Part shown: positions 9,520 to 19,219 of the stretch, piece after piece
Layout of the letters: each line of letters starts with the position of its first letter
Numbering within the stretch: the first letter of the stretch is position 1
NCBI GenBank assembly: GCA_014859205.1
Contig: JACUUR010000001.1
Span: 4,319 to 68,318, forward strand
DNA from: Dehalococcoidia bacterium
GTDB lineage: Bacteria > Chloroflexota > Dehalococcoidia > GIF9 > AB-539-J10
Reading direction: 5' to 3'
DNA: 64,000 nt
Program-made: the position numbers and the translations under genes
The notes under the pieces: generated by a model
What the model was told of the DNA's origin: nothing
Seen by the model: only the letters and a program-made list of their open reading frames with translations
Databases searched by the model: none

Positions 9520-10248
9520 ATGAATGCTTTGCAGCGAGACATCGACCATGCCGTCGACATCCTAAAGCAGGGTGGCGTGGTGGCCTTCCCTACCGATACC
9601 GTCTACGGCCTGGGAGCCGACGCCTTCAACTCAGAGGCGGTGGCCAGGACCTATGAGATCAAGGGCCGGCCCAAGGATAGGCCGCTGCCCCTGCTGATCG
9701 CTGATGTGGAGAGATCGACCGCTCTGGTCAAGCCGATACCGGGCATCGCCCGGTTCTTAGCCAGGCGGTTCTGGCCGGGTGGCCTGACTCTGGTGCTGTC
9801 GAAGGCAGATCGTATGCCTGCTCATCTGTCAGCAGGGGAGGGCATAGCGATACGAGTTCCTGACCACCCGGTCTGCCGGGCTCTCCTTCAGGGCCTGAGC
9901 GGCCCCATGATCGGAACCAGCGCCAATCTAAGTGGCAGACCCTCAGCGCTGACCGCCGATGAAGTCTCACTGCAGTTGGGGGAAAGAGTCGACTCCATCG
10001 TCAACGGAGGCGAATGCCCCGGCGGCAGAGAGTCCACAGTCGTGGACGTCAGGGGCCAGACGCCCGTCGTATTGCGCGAGGGCATCATACCCTCATACGA
10101 GATTGACAAGGTATGTCAGGAATACCTGAGGCTGCACGAAGGCCGCGAGGATGCAGGGGCTCCAGGCACGCCCGGCGGCCCTGACACTCGGGGGTTGAGC
10201 TGCCTGTACTCCAACCAGAGCACTTCTGCGGGAGGATCAGGGTTATGA
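9520..10248 (+). CDS. tsaC: L-threonylcarbamoyladenylate synthase (Sua5/YwlC/YrdC family)
   Basis: YrdC-like domain (VVAFPTDTVYGLGADAFN) with Sua5-like C-terminal extension. Confidence 0.85.
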   Translation: MNALQRDIDHAVDILKQGGVVAFPTDTVYGLGADAFNSEAVARTYEIKGRPKDRPLPLLIADVERSTALVKPIPGIARFLARRFWPGGLTLVLSKADRMPAHLSAGEGIAIRVPDHPVCRALLQGLSGPMIGTSANLSGRPSALTADEVSLQLGERVDSIVNGGECPGGRESTVVDVRGQTPVVLREGIIPSYEIDKVCQEYLRLHEGREDAGAPGTPGGPDTRGLSCLYSNQSTSAGGSGL

Positions 10249-10712
10249 AGCGCATTGCCATAGGCTGCGACCACCGGGGCCTTGCGGTGAAGGAGTTGAT
10301 CATCGGCTTCCTGCAGAACTCCGGCTACAGCTATCACGATTTTGGCTCCTGCAGCACCGATCCCGTAGACTATCCCGACGTCGCCCTGAAAGTGGGTGAG
10401 GCAGTGGCCTCGGGCAACTTCGACCAGGGCATTCTTATCTGCAGCAGCGGCATAGGCATGAGTATAGCCGCCAACAAGATAAAGGGCATAAGGGCGGCTC
10501 TATGCCACGATGTGTTTGCATCACAGAGGGCCCGGGGGCACAACGACGCCAACGTCCTCTGCCTCAGGGGAGAGTACATCGAGGCTGAGTCGGCCCTGGA
10601 GATCGTGGAGACCTTCCTGGCCACGGATTTCGAAGGCGGCAGACATATACGGCGGGTGAAAAAGCTAGAGGCTTTGGAAGCGGAGTGGCACGACAACAGA
10701 CCCTACCCTTGA
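10245..10712 (+). CDS. rpiB: ribose-5-phosphate isomerase B
   Basis: RpiB/LacAB family motifs (IAIGCDHRG, ICSSGIGMSIAANK). ATGA overlap with tsaC. Confidence 0.9.
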   Translation: MKRIAIGCDHRGLAVKELIIGFLQNSGYSYHDFGSCSTDPVDYPDVALKVGEAVASGNFDQGILICSSGIGMSIAANKIKGIRAALCHDVFASQRARGHNDANVLCLRGEYIEAESALEIVETFLATDFEGGRHIRRVKKLEALEAEWHDNRPYP

Positions 10713-10745
10713 GGGCACTTCCCCAGGACGGGGCCATTCGGAGGA

Positions 10746-11783
10746 TCACGCCGCATAGCGACTCCGCATACATTGTGACAGATCAGCCGTGAGCGCCAGA
10801 GCCTGCTCCGCTGCCTCCAGAGAGAGGCCTGCCAGGCCACAGGAAGGAGTCAGCAGCCCCTGAGCTACAATCTGTCTGAAGCTGACGCCCTCCCTCGAAA
10901 GAGCAGCCATGCCTTCTTCCAGGCGGTCACGCAGGCTGGGCAACGATTCTTTGGCAAGAGCCTCTTCATCGCTGGGAACTATGCCCCAGGCGATGCTGCC
11001 ACCCCGCTCAAGGAAACACTTCACCTTGCCGGAGTGCGAGCTTAGAGAAGAGGCAAAGCTGTAGGCATCAAAGCTGAGGATATCAACTGCCGTGTCCAGC
11101 AGCACCGGCCAATCGGTATTGCCGCAGCAGTGCAGCCCCTTTATCCCCTTGATTCCGCTGAAAACCTCGCCCAGTAGAGCCGGCACCTTCTGCTCAGGAA
11201 TGGGAGTGAACACCGAGCCCAGGGAGACCAGGCACGGCTCGTCAACAAAGACAATGGTGTTACGTGATAACTGTCTCAGAGTGCTCTCCTGCCAGGAGGC
11301 CTTCAGTCGCAGGAACCTGGCGGCAGTGTCGGCCAGCATGTCATCATAGAGAATGCCCAGGCCGTCGGGACGGGTGACGGTGAGCCCCCAGGTGATAGGT
11401 CCTGTCACCTGTCCCTTAACCATTCGGCTGCCCCTTGCTGCGGACAGCAAGGCATGAAGTCCAGCCGCATATGCGGCGGAGATGCCATATTCATCAGCGT
11501 TGTCTTGCTCCGAGTCAACGTGGATCTGCTCAAGCCGGCCTTCAAAATCAGCGGGCGGCTCCACACGAATCCGATCGCCCTCTATGACCACGCCAGGAAA
11601 GCCCTCGCTGTTCTGGATGACCATGTTCTCCATAGGAGAGCGTCCGGGCAACTGGGGCCAGACAGGGATGTCGGGGAGGTACTTCATAACGATCGCACAG
11701 GCCTCGTCGGGATCGGTGTGAGGCATGCTGCCGATGGCAGTGGGCAAGCATCCGACCTCAAGCCTGGCCGGCATGTTCCTCAC
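10746..11783 (-). CDS. core-MetE-type methionine synthase (short, cobalamin-independent MetE catalytic domain only)
   Basis: About 345 aa. Zinc-ligand motifs HCCG and SCGL in MetE-like spacing. Adjacent to mtnP. A short core-MetE form is known in Dehalococcoidia. Confidence 0.6.
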   Translation of the reverse strand: MRNMPARLEVGCLPTAIGSMPHTDPDEACAIVMKYLPDIPVWPQLPGRSPMENMVIQNSEGFPGVVIEGDRIRVEPPADFEGRLEQIHVDSEQDNADEYGISAAYAAGLHALLSAARGSRMVKGQVTGPITWGLTVTRPDGLGILYDDMLADTAARFLRLKASWQESTLRQLSRNTIVFVDEPCLVSLGSVFTPIPEQKVPALLGEVFSGIKGIKGLHCCGNTDWPVLLDTAVDILSFDAYSFASSLSSHSGKVKCFLERGGSIAWGIVPSDEEALAKESLPSLRDRLEEGMAALSREGVSFRQIVAQGLLTPSCGLAGLSLEAAEQALALTADLSQCMRSRYAA

Positions 11784-12645
11784 CGTCCAGATACCTGCCG
11801 ATCAGCAACTCCAGTTCCTTTCTCTTCGGCTCCGATATGTGTTTGGCCTCAGTGGCGATGGCGCCCTGCAGGGCACAGGCACAGGGGCAGCCACGCTCAT
11901 CAGGAATCGCGGGCAACAGCAGCCTCAGGATTCCCTTGACCGTGTCGATGCCCTTTCTCAAGTTAGTGAGAATCATCTCGGTGGTCACCGACTCATGAGC
12001 TTCATGCCAGCAGTCATAATCGGTCACGAAGGCAATCGTGGTGTAACAGATCTCCGCCTCCCTGGCCAGCTTAGCTTCAGGCAAAGCCGTCATGGCGATG
12101 ATATGGGCATCCCACATGCGATAGAGCCGCGACTCAGCCTTGGTGGAGAACTGGGGGCCTTCCATAACCAGATAGGTGCCACCTTTGTGTGCCCTCGCTC
12201 CAAGCTTCACGCTGGCCTCAAAAGACAGTTGACTCAGAACGGGACAGAAGGGTTCAGCAAGGGAGACATGGCCCACTATCCCATCTGAGAAGAAAGTGCT
12301 GTTTCTCCCTCTGGTCCAATCTATCAACTGGTCAGGAATGACCACATCGAGGGGCATTATCTCCTCCTTGAGACTGCCTACGGCGCTCACAGAGATGATC
12401 CTCTCCACACCCAGAGACTTCAGAGCGTAGATATTGGCCCTGGCCGGTATTTCAGCAGGCCCTATCTTATGTCCCTCTCCATGTCTGGGCAGAAAGGCAA
12501 CCTCTACTCCTTCCAGGTTGCCCAGGATGATGGCGTGGCTGGGCTCGCCAAATGGCGTGCTTACGTCCACGCTCTTAACGCCGGTCAGCCCCTCAATCCT
12601 GTAGAGACCGCTTCCGCCGATTATGCCCACCTTTGCCTCGGGCAT
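11758..12645 (-). CDS. mtnP: S-methyl-5'-thioadenosine phosphorylase
   Basis: PNP/MTAP family motifs (GIIGGSGLY..., Cys-rich C-terminal extension typical of MTAP). Confidence 0.88.
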   Translation of the reverse strand: MPEAKVGIIGGSGLYRIEGLTGVKSVDVSTPFGEPSHAIILGNLEGVEVAFLPRHGEGHKIGPAEIPARANIYALKSLGVERIISVSAVGSLKEEIMPLDVVIPDQLIDWTRGRNSTFFSDGIVGHVSLAEPFCPVLSQLSFEASVKLGARAHKGGTYLVMEGPQFSTKAESRLYRMWDAHIIAMTALPEAKLAREAEICYTTIAFVTDYDCWHEAHESVTTEMILTNLRKGIDTVKGILRLLLPAIPDERGCPCACALQGAIATEAKHISEPKRKELELLIGRYLDGEEHAGQA

Positions 12646-12984
12646 TAGACTCCCCTGCTATCACTCATATTGCAGCGATTATAACACAAGAACACGCTCA
12701 GGCTTAGCTAGCACAACCCGCTGTGATGCCGGGACAAGCAGACGATATCCCATGTGCTGACAACCACTAGTTTGAAAAGCATATGAATGGCCGCCTACTC
12801 TGCCCGTCGGCCCTGGAGGCCGTAGTACCGAAGCAAATCACAACAAGCCCCTGGAACGTGCAGCAAGCAGGCCGATGAACGCTTGACTAGACAGACCTGA
12901 TGAAGTACCTTCTGACTCGCTATTAGTGGCGGCATGTGACCCGCCCCCAGGTGGCTGGTTTTGGCGGGCCCGATGCATCAATGC

Positions 12985-13737
12985 TTACTTCACGGCTTTG
13001 AAGACGAATGAAGAACCCTCGTCGTACATGGGAGAATCTGTCAGCAACTGAACACTGCCAAAGCCCGCATCGGTCAGAAGCCTGACGAACTCGTCTTTCC
13101 AAAACCATCTTATGTTTAGATCATTGATGATGCATGAGACAAGGCGCTTATCACTGTAGAATTCATAGCGGTAGGTCCCGAGCTTGACCTGCTTCTCGAT
13201 ATCGATGGAAAACCGCTCATGAACAACGCTTCGATCCCCATTGGGCCTGGAACTGTCTCTTGTCACGCGATATACAGAGGCTTCGCGCTGGGCGATCTCA
13301 TCCCAGGGGACGAAAACGTCTGTGACAAAGGAGCCGCCGTCCTCTAGATGCCGGTAGATGCAGCTGAGAGAACTCATAATGTCGTCGGGATCGGTGAGCA
13401 ATTGGAATGAGCCGCTCGCCACGAATATGATGTCAAACCGCCTTCCGATATCAAACAACTCCATCGGTTGTCGGTACACCAGGATATCGGGAACACCTTC
13501 TGCTTTCGCCTTGGCCTTCAATATGCGGAGCATATCCTCAGAGCCATCGAGGCCGTGAATCTCCACACCAGCCCTGGCAATGGGAAGAAGGATGCGGCCG
13601 GTACCGCAAGCCAGCTCCAGAGCGGTTCCCTGGAAACCGTCGAGATAGCTCGAGTAGAAATCAACATCGTCATGACGCGCGCTCAACCAATCGTCATACC
13701 AGTCCGCGACTAACCCCATATAGTGATCGCCCTGCAT
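12985..13737 (-). CDS. class I SAM-dependent methyltransferase
   Basis: Motif I LELACGTGR and downstream Rossmann-fold motifs. Confidence 0.75.
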   Translation of the reverse strand: MQGDHYMGLVADWYDDWLSARHDDVDFYSSYLDGFQGTALELACGTGRILLPIARAGVEIHGLDGSEDMLRILKAKAKAEGVPDILVYRQPMELFDIGRRFDIIFVASGSFQLLTDPDDIMSSLSCIYRHLEDGGSFVTDVFVPWDEIAQREASVYRVTRDSSRPNGDRSVVHERFSIDIEKQVKLGTYRYEFYSDKRLVSCIINDLNIRWFWKDEFVRLLTDAGFGSVQLLTDSPMYDEGSSFVFKAVK

Positions 13738-14270
13738 AATGGTGTCCTCCTGTCCAGCTAATTCCCCGGCCGGAGAGCGCTACTGAAGAATCCAGCCCCA
13801 CCCAGACGTCACAACCCCGCAGATCAGGTGCCATCGTGTGCCCTGCCCATTGGCCCCGGGGGATCTCAGGCAGTAGGCGATGAACCACCTCCCGTCACGC
13901 TCGAACCACCAACCCCCAGCGTTATACCCACTATCCGGGCTAGTCTAGCTCGCCCTGCCCCTGCTGTCAATGGACGCCATCTTCCACGACTTTTGTCGAC
14001 GCGTAGCTTCTCGAGCCTCCCGCTGTCCATGACTGACCTTGGCCACTGCACATCAGCTGGTCTGGTTCTCTCGACGATTAGCGTTGCTGCTGAACAGGTA
14101 GAGGATTCTCCTCATACCTGCTATAATCCCGCCCGCAGGCAACTACATATCTGAGACACGAAACGTGATGATCTGTACCGCCATGTCGGATCCCGGTTCG
14201 CCGCGCACGTCATGACAGGGTCGGCCTGCGCTACAGCTTCACGTATCGTGTCAACAAAAGGGAGGAAAAG

Positions 14271-15302
14271 ATGGAACTGCTGAAAAAGCTCTCAGAGGCC
14301 GCCGGAATACCCGGCAGAGAGGAGGGTATCCGGACCATTGTTCGCGAGGCACTGACTGACCATGTAGACGAGATTTCGGTTGACCGTCTGGGCAACGTCA
14401 TAGCTCACAAGAGGGGTACAGGCCCCAGAGTGGTAACAGCTGCCCACATGGATGAGATCGGATTCCTGGTATCCCATGTGGACGAGGAAACGGGGTTTCT
14501 GCGTATCGAGCCGGTGGGCGGATTCGATCCCCGCACGCTGATCGCCCAGCGGGTAATGGTCCATGCCCGGAGCGGATCCACTTACGGACTCATCGGCATC
14601 AAACCCGTCCACGTACTGACGGATGAAGAACGGAAGAAGACGCCGGAGATGAAGGACCTGTTCGTTGATATTGGTCTTCACGGCAAGGAAGCCAAGGAGA
14701 AGGTGCGGGTGGGCGATCCCGTAACCCTTGTGCAGACATTCGACGAGGTAGGCAATCTGGTAACGGGCAAGGCGCTAGATGACCGACTGGGAGTATATGT
14801 AGGAATCGAGGCAATGAGGAGGCTGGGCAAGCACAAGGCCGATATCTACGCTGTGGCCACTGTCCAGGAGGAAGTGGGGCTGAGGGGAGCACGAACTTCG
14901 GCCTTTGCCATTGCCCCCGATATCGGAGTCGCCCTGGATACCACCATCGCCTGTGACATACCCGGCGTGCCGGCCCATGAACAGGTGACCCGCCTGGGCA
15001 AGGGCGTAGCCATCAAGCTGAAGGATTCGGCATCGATTTCCCATCCAGGGCTTGTGCAGTTCCTGGTGAAGACAGCCGAAGAGCGGAAGATCCCCTACCA
15101 ACTCGAGATACTGCCGCGGGGCGGCACTGACGCCGGCGCAATGCAGCCGGCCCGCGAGGGGGTAGCCGTGGTCACCATCTCGGTTCCCTGCCGTTACGTT
15201 CACACCGTAGTGGAGGCTGCCCACAAGGAAGATATCGAGGCCGCCATCAACCTGCTTACCGCCTTCCTCGAGACCTGCCAGAAGGCTGACCTGCAGCTAT
15301 AG
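14271..15302 (+). CDS. M42 family metallopeptidase (glutamyl aminopeptidase / FrvX-like)
   Basis: M42 motifs (AHMDEIGF, metal-binding D/E/H pattern). Paralog of 17758..18840. Confidence 0.88.
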   Translation: MELLKKLSEAAGIPGREEGIRTIVREALTDHVDEISVDRLGNVIAHKRGTGPRVVTAAHMDEIGFLVSHVDEETGFLRIEPVGGFDPRTLIAQRVMVHARSGSTYGLIGIKPVHVLTDEERKKTPEMKDLFVDIGLHGKEAKEKVRVGDPVTLVQTFDEVGNLVTGKALDDRLGVYVGIEAMRRLGKHKADIYAVATVQEEVGLRGARTSAFAIAPDIGVALDTTIACDIPGVPAHEQVTRLGKGVAIKLKDSASISHPGLVQFLVKTAEERKIPYQLEILPRGGTDAGAMQPAREGVAVVTISVPCRYVHTVVEAAHKEDIEAAINLLTAFLETCQKADLQL

Positions 15303-15500
15303 GACAGAGGCGCTATCGCCCAAACAGGGCGAGCGTCCGCTAACGGACTCAGATCGCGGCGCTCCTTCCGCCAGTTCATACACAGAGAGGGGCGCACAGC
15401 CGATGCCGGCTCTTGCCCGGAGACCCAATGCATGCTTCCATAGAGGGCTTGTCAGCGGGGTGAATCTCCCGGCCTGAACAGGCGGGGCGTGATAACAGTC

Positions 15501-16508
15501 CTACACTGAGCTTTGTCCGGAAGGCCCGACTTCCACCAGCTTGATGGCTTCTGCCTCACAACCAACGGCACAGACGCCACATCCGTAGCACCCGTCCGTG
15601 TTCACCTGAGCCTTGAGCTTCTTCTCGCCGGACACCTTGATCATGTCTATCGCCTCAAACGGGCATCTATCCACACAGGTCTGACACCCTGTGCAGCTTG
15701 CCACGTCCACCTTTGCCCGGAAGCTGCTCTTAACCACGCCCTTGTCCAGTCCGCCATACTTGAGGAGGGGATAGTAGAAAACACAGCAGTCGTTGCAGCA
15801 GTTACAGATCACGTTGCTCACTTCGACTCCGGTGTACACACTGTGTATCAGGCCGGCCTCAGCGGCTACGTCCAGCACCTCCAGCGCTTCCTCGCGGGTC
15901 AGCTCCTTGCCGGTTCCTCTGGCCATGGCGTATTCAGCCGCCCGGTTGAGTTGAAGGCAGACCTCCAGAGGCGAATCGCACCTGCCAGCTATCCTGCGGC
16001 AAGAGCAGCGTACAACTGCAAACCTGGTGGCCTTACCCAGCATAACCTCCAGGTCCTCGGAAGGGACGAGTTTGGTTCCTGCAGAGACCGCTTTGCGGGC
16101 CGGGATGATCCTCCAGACAGGCGCCTCCAGGGCCTGAATCCCCTTGGCCCAGCCGGGATACAATTCGGCCTCGCAGAAGTGCTCCCAGAGGTCCAGCAGT
16201 TCACGCCCCCAGATGTAGTCCAGCCTAACATCAGAGGCGGTGGCATCATGCAGTTGCAGTATGTCCCTGGCAGGCCGGTAGCCTTTGGAGGTCATGAACA
16301 CCACCCCCTTGCCGAACAGGCCCCCGAGCCTCTTGTTGACGTCATCCTCCGTCTTGTCCAGCTTTCGGGCTAGATCAGCTACAGGAGAGGGAAGCGAAGC
16401 TACTATCTCTGCCTCTTCCTCATCCATCAGCCTCTTGAGTATCTTCTTGAGCCTCTCCGACCCCGGATAACCATACTTCTCAGCCAGGATTTCGTAGCCA
16501 TCGCTCAT
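15501..16508 (-). CDS. 4Fe-4S dicluster domain protein with an N-terminal winged-helix-like segment; start taken at an internal ATG with a GAAGGAGG SD (track start was TTG 16571)
   Basis: C-terminal CxxCxxCxxxCP and CxxCxxCxxxCE ferredoxin motifs plus extra Cys clusters. The ATG overlaps the TGA stop of the upstream MBL gene (ATGA coupling). Confidence 0.6.
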   Translation of the reverse strand: MSDGYEILAEKYGYPGSERLKKILKRLMDEEEAEIVASLPSPVADLARKLDKTEDDVNKRLGGLFGKGVVFMTSKGYRPARDILQLHDATASDVRLDYIWGRELLDLWEHFCEAELYPGWAKGIQALEAPVWRIIPARKAVSAGTKLVPSEDLEVMLGKATRFAVVRCSCRRIAGRCDSPLEVCLQLNRAAEYAMARGTGKELTREEALEVLDVAAEAGLIHSVYTGVEVSNVICNCCNDCCVFYYPLLKYGGLDKGVVKSSFRAKVDVASCTGCQTCVDRCPFEAIDMIKVSGEKKLKAQVNTDGCYGCGVCAVGCEAEAIKLVEVGPSGQSSV

Positions 16509-17503
16509 GTGTATACCTCCTTCTTCCCTGATGTGAGAAAGAACACCACTGCCTGTCCATCCATCTCCCAACCCACGGCACCCTCCTCCTCAAGGTACTT
16601 AAGGTGAGCCACAGTCTCCGCAAAGGCGAACAGCTTCTGCAGCGCAGGAAAGAGATACCAGGACTGGCAGTCTATGTCCCAGGTCATCTGCGAAGCAACT
16701 GCAAAGGCGTCTTGCTTGCCATTCTCCAGTATGGAGGCGATCTCGGCGAGCCTGGCCCGATGATGATGCTTGAGCTCCCGGATCCTCTCCCTGTGATCAC
16801 GGAATATTCTCCTGTGCCCCGGCAGTACAAGCTCAACATCCAGGTCATACACTTTGTCCAGACTCGTCAGATACTCGGCCAATGGGTTTCGCTCTCTGGA
16901 GGATAGGGTAATGTTCGGAGTGATATCAACGAGTATATGGTCGCCGCATAAGAGCACCTTCTTGCCAGGCTCGTAGAGACACAGGTGCCCTTGAGTATGC
17001 CCCGGCGTTTCAACGCATTCGAACAGGTAATCCCCGACGCTTATCGTGTCGCCATCCCCCAGGACACAGATGTACAGGGGCGAACCTGTACTGTATCTGC
17101 GCCCGGGATGATTGCCGATGGCTTTCTCAAGCTCTTCTCGAGGAAACCCCCTTTCAATGGCAAAATCGATCTGCTCCTGCCAGTGCTCAGGCGTAGCGAA
17201 TCTGATGATCCGGGCGTCTGCCTGCCCGAAGTAGGCTCTCGCTCCTTCGCGAGCCAGCGTTGACACCAGCCCCGAGTGGTCCGCATGCATGTGTGTTATG
17301 AAGAAATCGACCTGATCCAGGTCTATGCCACATCCGCTCAACCCGGACCCCAGCGCCTCCCTGCACTCCTCTCGATTCCACCCGGTGTCAATGACCAGAG
17401 ACCGCTCTGCTCCCTTTATGGCATAGCAGTTGGTCGCTTTGAGAGGACTTCCGTGAAGGGGAACCTCGATTCTATACAGACCGGGTAACATTTCCTCGAT
17501 CAA
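16505..17503 (-). CDS. MBL-fold metallo-hydrolase
   Basis: HxHxDH motif (THMHADHSG) and downstream His/Asp ligands. Confidence 0.85.
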   Translation of the reverse strand: MIEEMLPGLYRIEVPLHGSPLKATNCYAIKGAERSLVIDTGWNREECREALGSGLSGCGIDLDQVDFFITHMHADHSGLVSTLAREGARAYFGQADARIIRFATPEHWQEQIDFAIERGFPREELEKAIGNHPGRRYSTGSPLYICVLGDGDTISVGDYLFECVETPGHTQGHLCLYEPGKKVLLCGDHILVDITPNITLSSRERNPLAEYLTSLDKVYDLDVELVLPGHRRIFRDHRERIRELKHHHRARLAEIASILENGKQDAFAVASQMTWDIDCQSWYLFPALQKLFAFAETVAHLKYLEEEGAVGWEMDGQAVVFFLTSGKKEVYT

Positions 17504-17757
17504 TGCGGCTCAAAACCCTCTCATCGCGATATCAACCCCGAACGCAGCATGTTCCGGGCAACGTGGCTCCTGTACATCGGCAAACCTAGCACATTTCGGC
17601 CCAATTGTCTACCTTGGCACAGCGGATATCCCCGCGCTCACCAGCCTTACCGTTAACGCTTGACAGGGGATGCCCGCAGTTGTAGCATTGTACGGCAGAC
17701 CACCAATACGAGGAACTGCCGCAGCGATCAGAAGTCCTGCGCGATTGGAGGAGACTC

Positions 17758-18840
17758 ATGGACGAAGTAGAAGGGTTACTCAAGGAACTGACAGAGGCCG
17801 GCGGAATACCGGGGCATGAGGCTGAAGTACGGCAGTTGGTTCGCAAGCACCTCGGGCCGCTGGGTGACATCAGCTATGACAGACTGGGCAGCGTAATCTG
17901 CGAGAAACGCGGTGAGGCACGGGGACCGAAGATAATGCTGGCGGCTCACATGGATGAGATCGGCTTCTTGGTGAGCCATATCACAAAGGAAGGCTTCATC
18001 AGATTTGCCGCCCTGGGCGGTTGGTGGGACCAGGTCTTGCTGGCACAGCGGGTAAGGATCAAGACTGCGCAAGGGGACGTTATCGGGACGATCGGTGCAA
18101 AGCCCCCTCACCTCCTGTCAGATGAAGAACGCAGGAAGCTGGTGGAGAAGGACAACATGTACATAGACATCGGTGCCACTTCGAGTGACGAGGTGGAGAA
18201 AGCAGGAGTACGTATTGCAGACCCCATCGTGCCCGTCAGCGAGTTCACGGTTCTGGCCAGCGGCAGGACTTACCTGTCGAAGGCCTTTGATGACAGGGGG
18301 GGCTGTGCAGTTATGATAGCAGTGACGCAGAGAATGGTCAGCCTCGATCATCCCAATACGCTTTTCGCTGTGGCTACGGTGCAGGAGGAGGTGGGCCTGC
18401 GAGGTGCAAAGACGAGTGTAACCCTGGTGAACCCTGACGTAGCAATTGTCCTGGAGGGCACCGCGGCCAATGACATGCCCGGAGCGAGCAATGAAGGTCA
18501 TCAGGTACTGAGGCTCGGCGGAGGACCGGTGGTGACGTTCTACCGCGGAGATATGATCCCAAACCGGCATCTGCGTGACCTGATGATCGATATTGCCCGC
18601 AAGAACGCCATACCATTGCAGATTCGGGCAGACGGCAGGGTTCGGGGTGGCACCGACGGCGCAGCCATTCACCTGCATGGCAGCGGCGTCCCCACGGTGG
18701 TGCTCAGCCTGCCGGTTCGTTATGTACATAGCCACGGTGCGATCATGCATCGGGCCGATTTTGATGCTGCTGTTGAGTTACTGACGGAGGTGATCCGGGG
18801 GCTGGACCAGAAGACCGTGACAGATATGACCGCCTGGTAA
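17758..18840 (+). CDS. M42 family metallopeptidase (second paralog)
   Basis: Same motif set as 14271..15302 (AHMDEIGFLVSH). About 45% identity by eye. Confidence 0.88.
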   Translation: MDEVEGLLKELTEAGGIPGHEAEVRQLVRKHLGPLGDISYDRLGSVICEKRGEARGPKIMLAAHMDEIGFLVSHITKEGFIRFAALGGWWDQVLLAQRVRIKTAQGDVIGTIGAKPPHLLSDEERRKLVEKDNMYIDIGATSSDEVEKAGVRIADPIVPVSEFTVLASGRTYLSKAFDDRGGCAVMIAVTQRMVSLDHPNTLFAVATVQEEVGLRGAKTSVTLVNPDVAIVLEGTAANDMPGASNEGHQVLRLGGGPVVTFYRGDMIPNRHLRDLMIDIARKNAIPLQIRADGRVRGGTDGAAIHLHGSGVPTVVLSLPVRYVHSHGAIMHRADFDAAVELLTEVIRGLDQKTVTDMTAW

Positions 18841-19219
18841 GGCCGCTGGCGCTTGATCTTAGCACTGGCCCCGGACCTCCGTGTCTCCTCAGTCCTCCGG
18901 TTATGGATCCGTGCCGTATCTGCACGCATAGATCCGTCGTCCCGCTCGTGCCAGGGTTTGACAAAAACCGTAGAAAGCTGTAGGATTCTGCTAACGTTGA
19001 TCTGGCGCATACGGCTCAAAGTACATAAGGAAGCAGCCCTCAGGATGGCGAGTGAAAGGCCAAAGGCGGGAAGATTCTGAGATGCTGTCCCATCAGCAGC
19101 AAGACCTCCTCTACCTAAAGCCCACCTATACTCTGGTTGACATGTGCAGTGCTATATCACTCTGCGACACAGCCTGCCATAAGAACAAAATACAAAATCA
19201 CAAAGGAGGAAAGTAAGAC

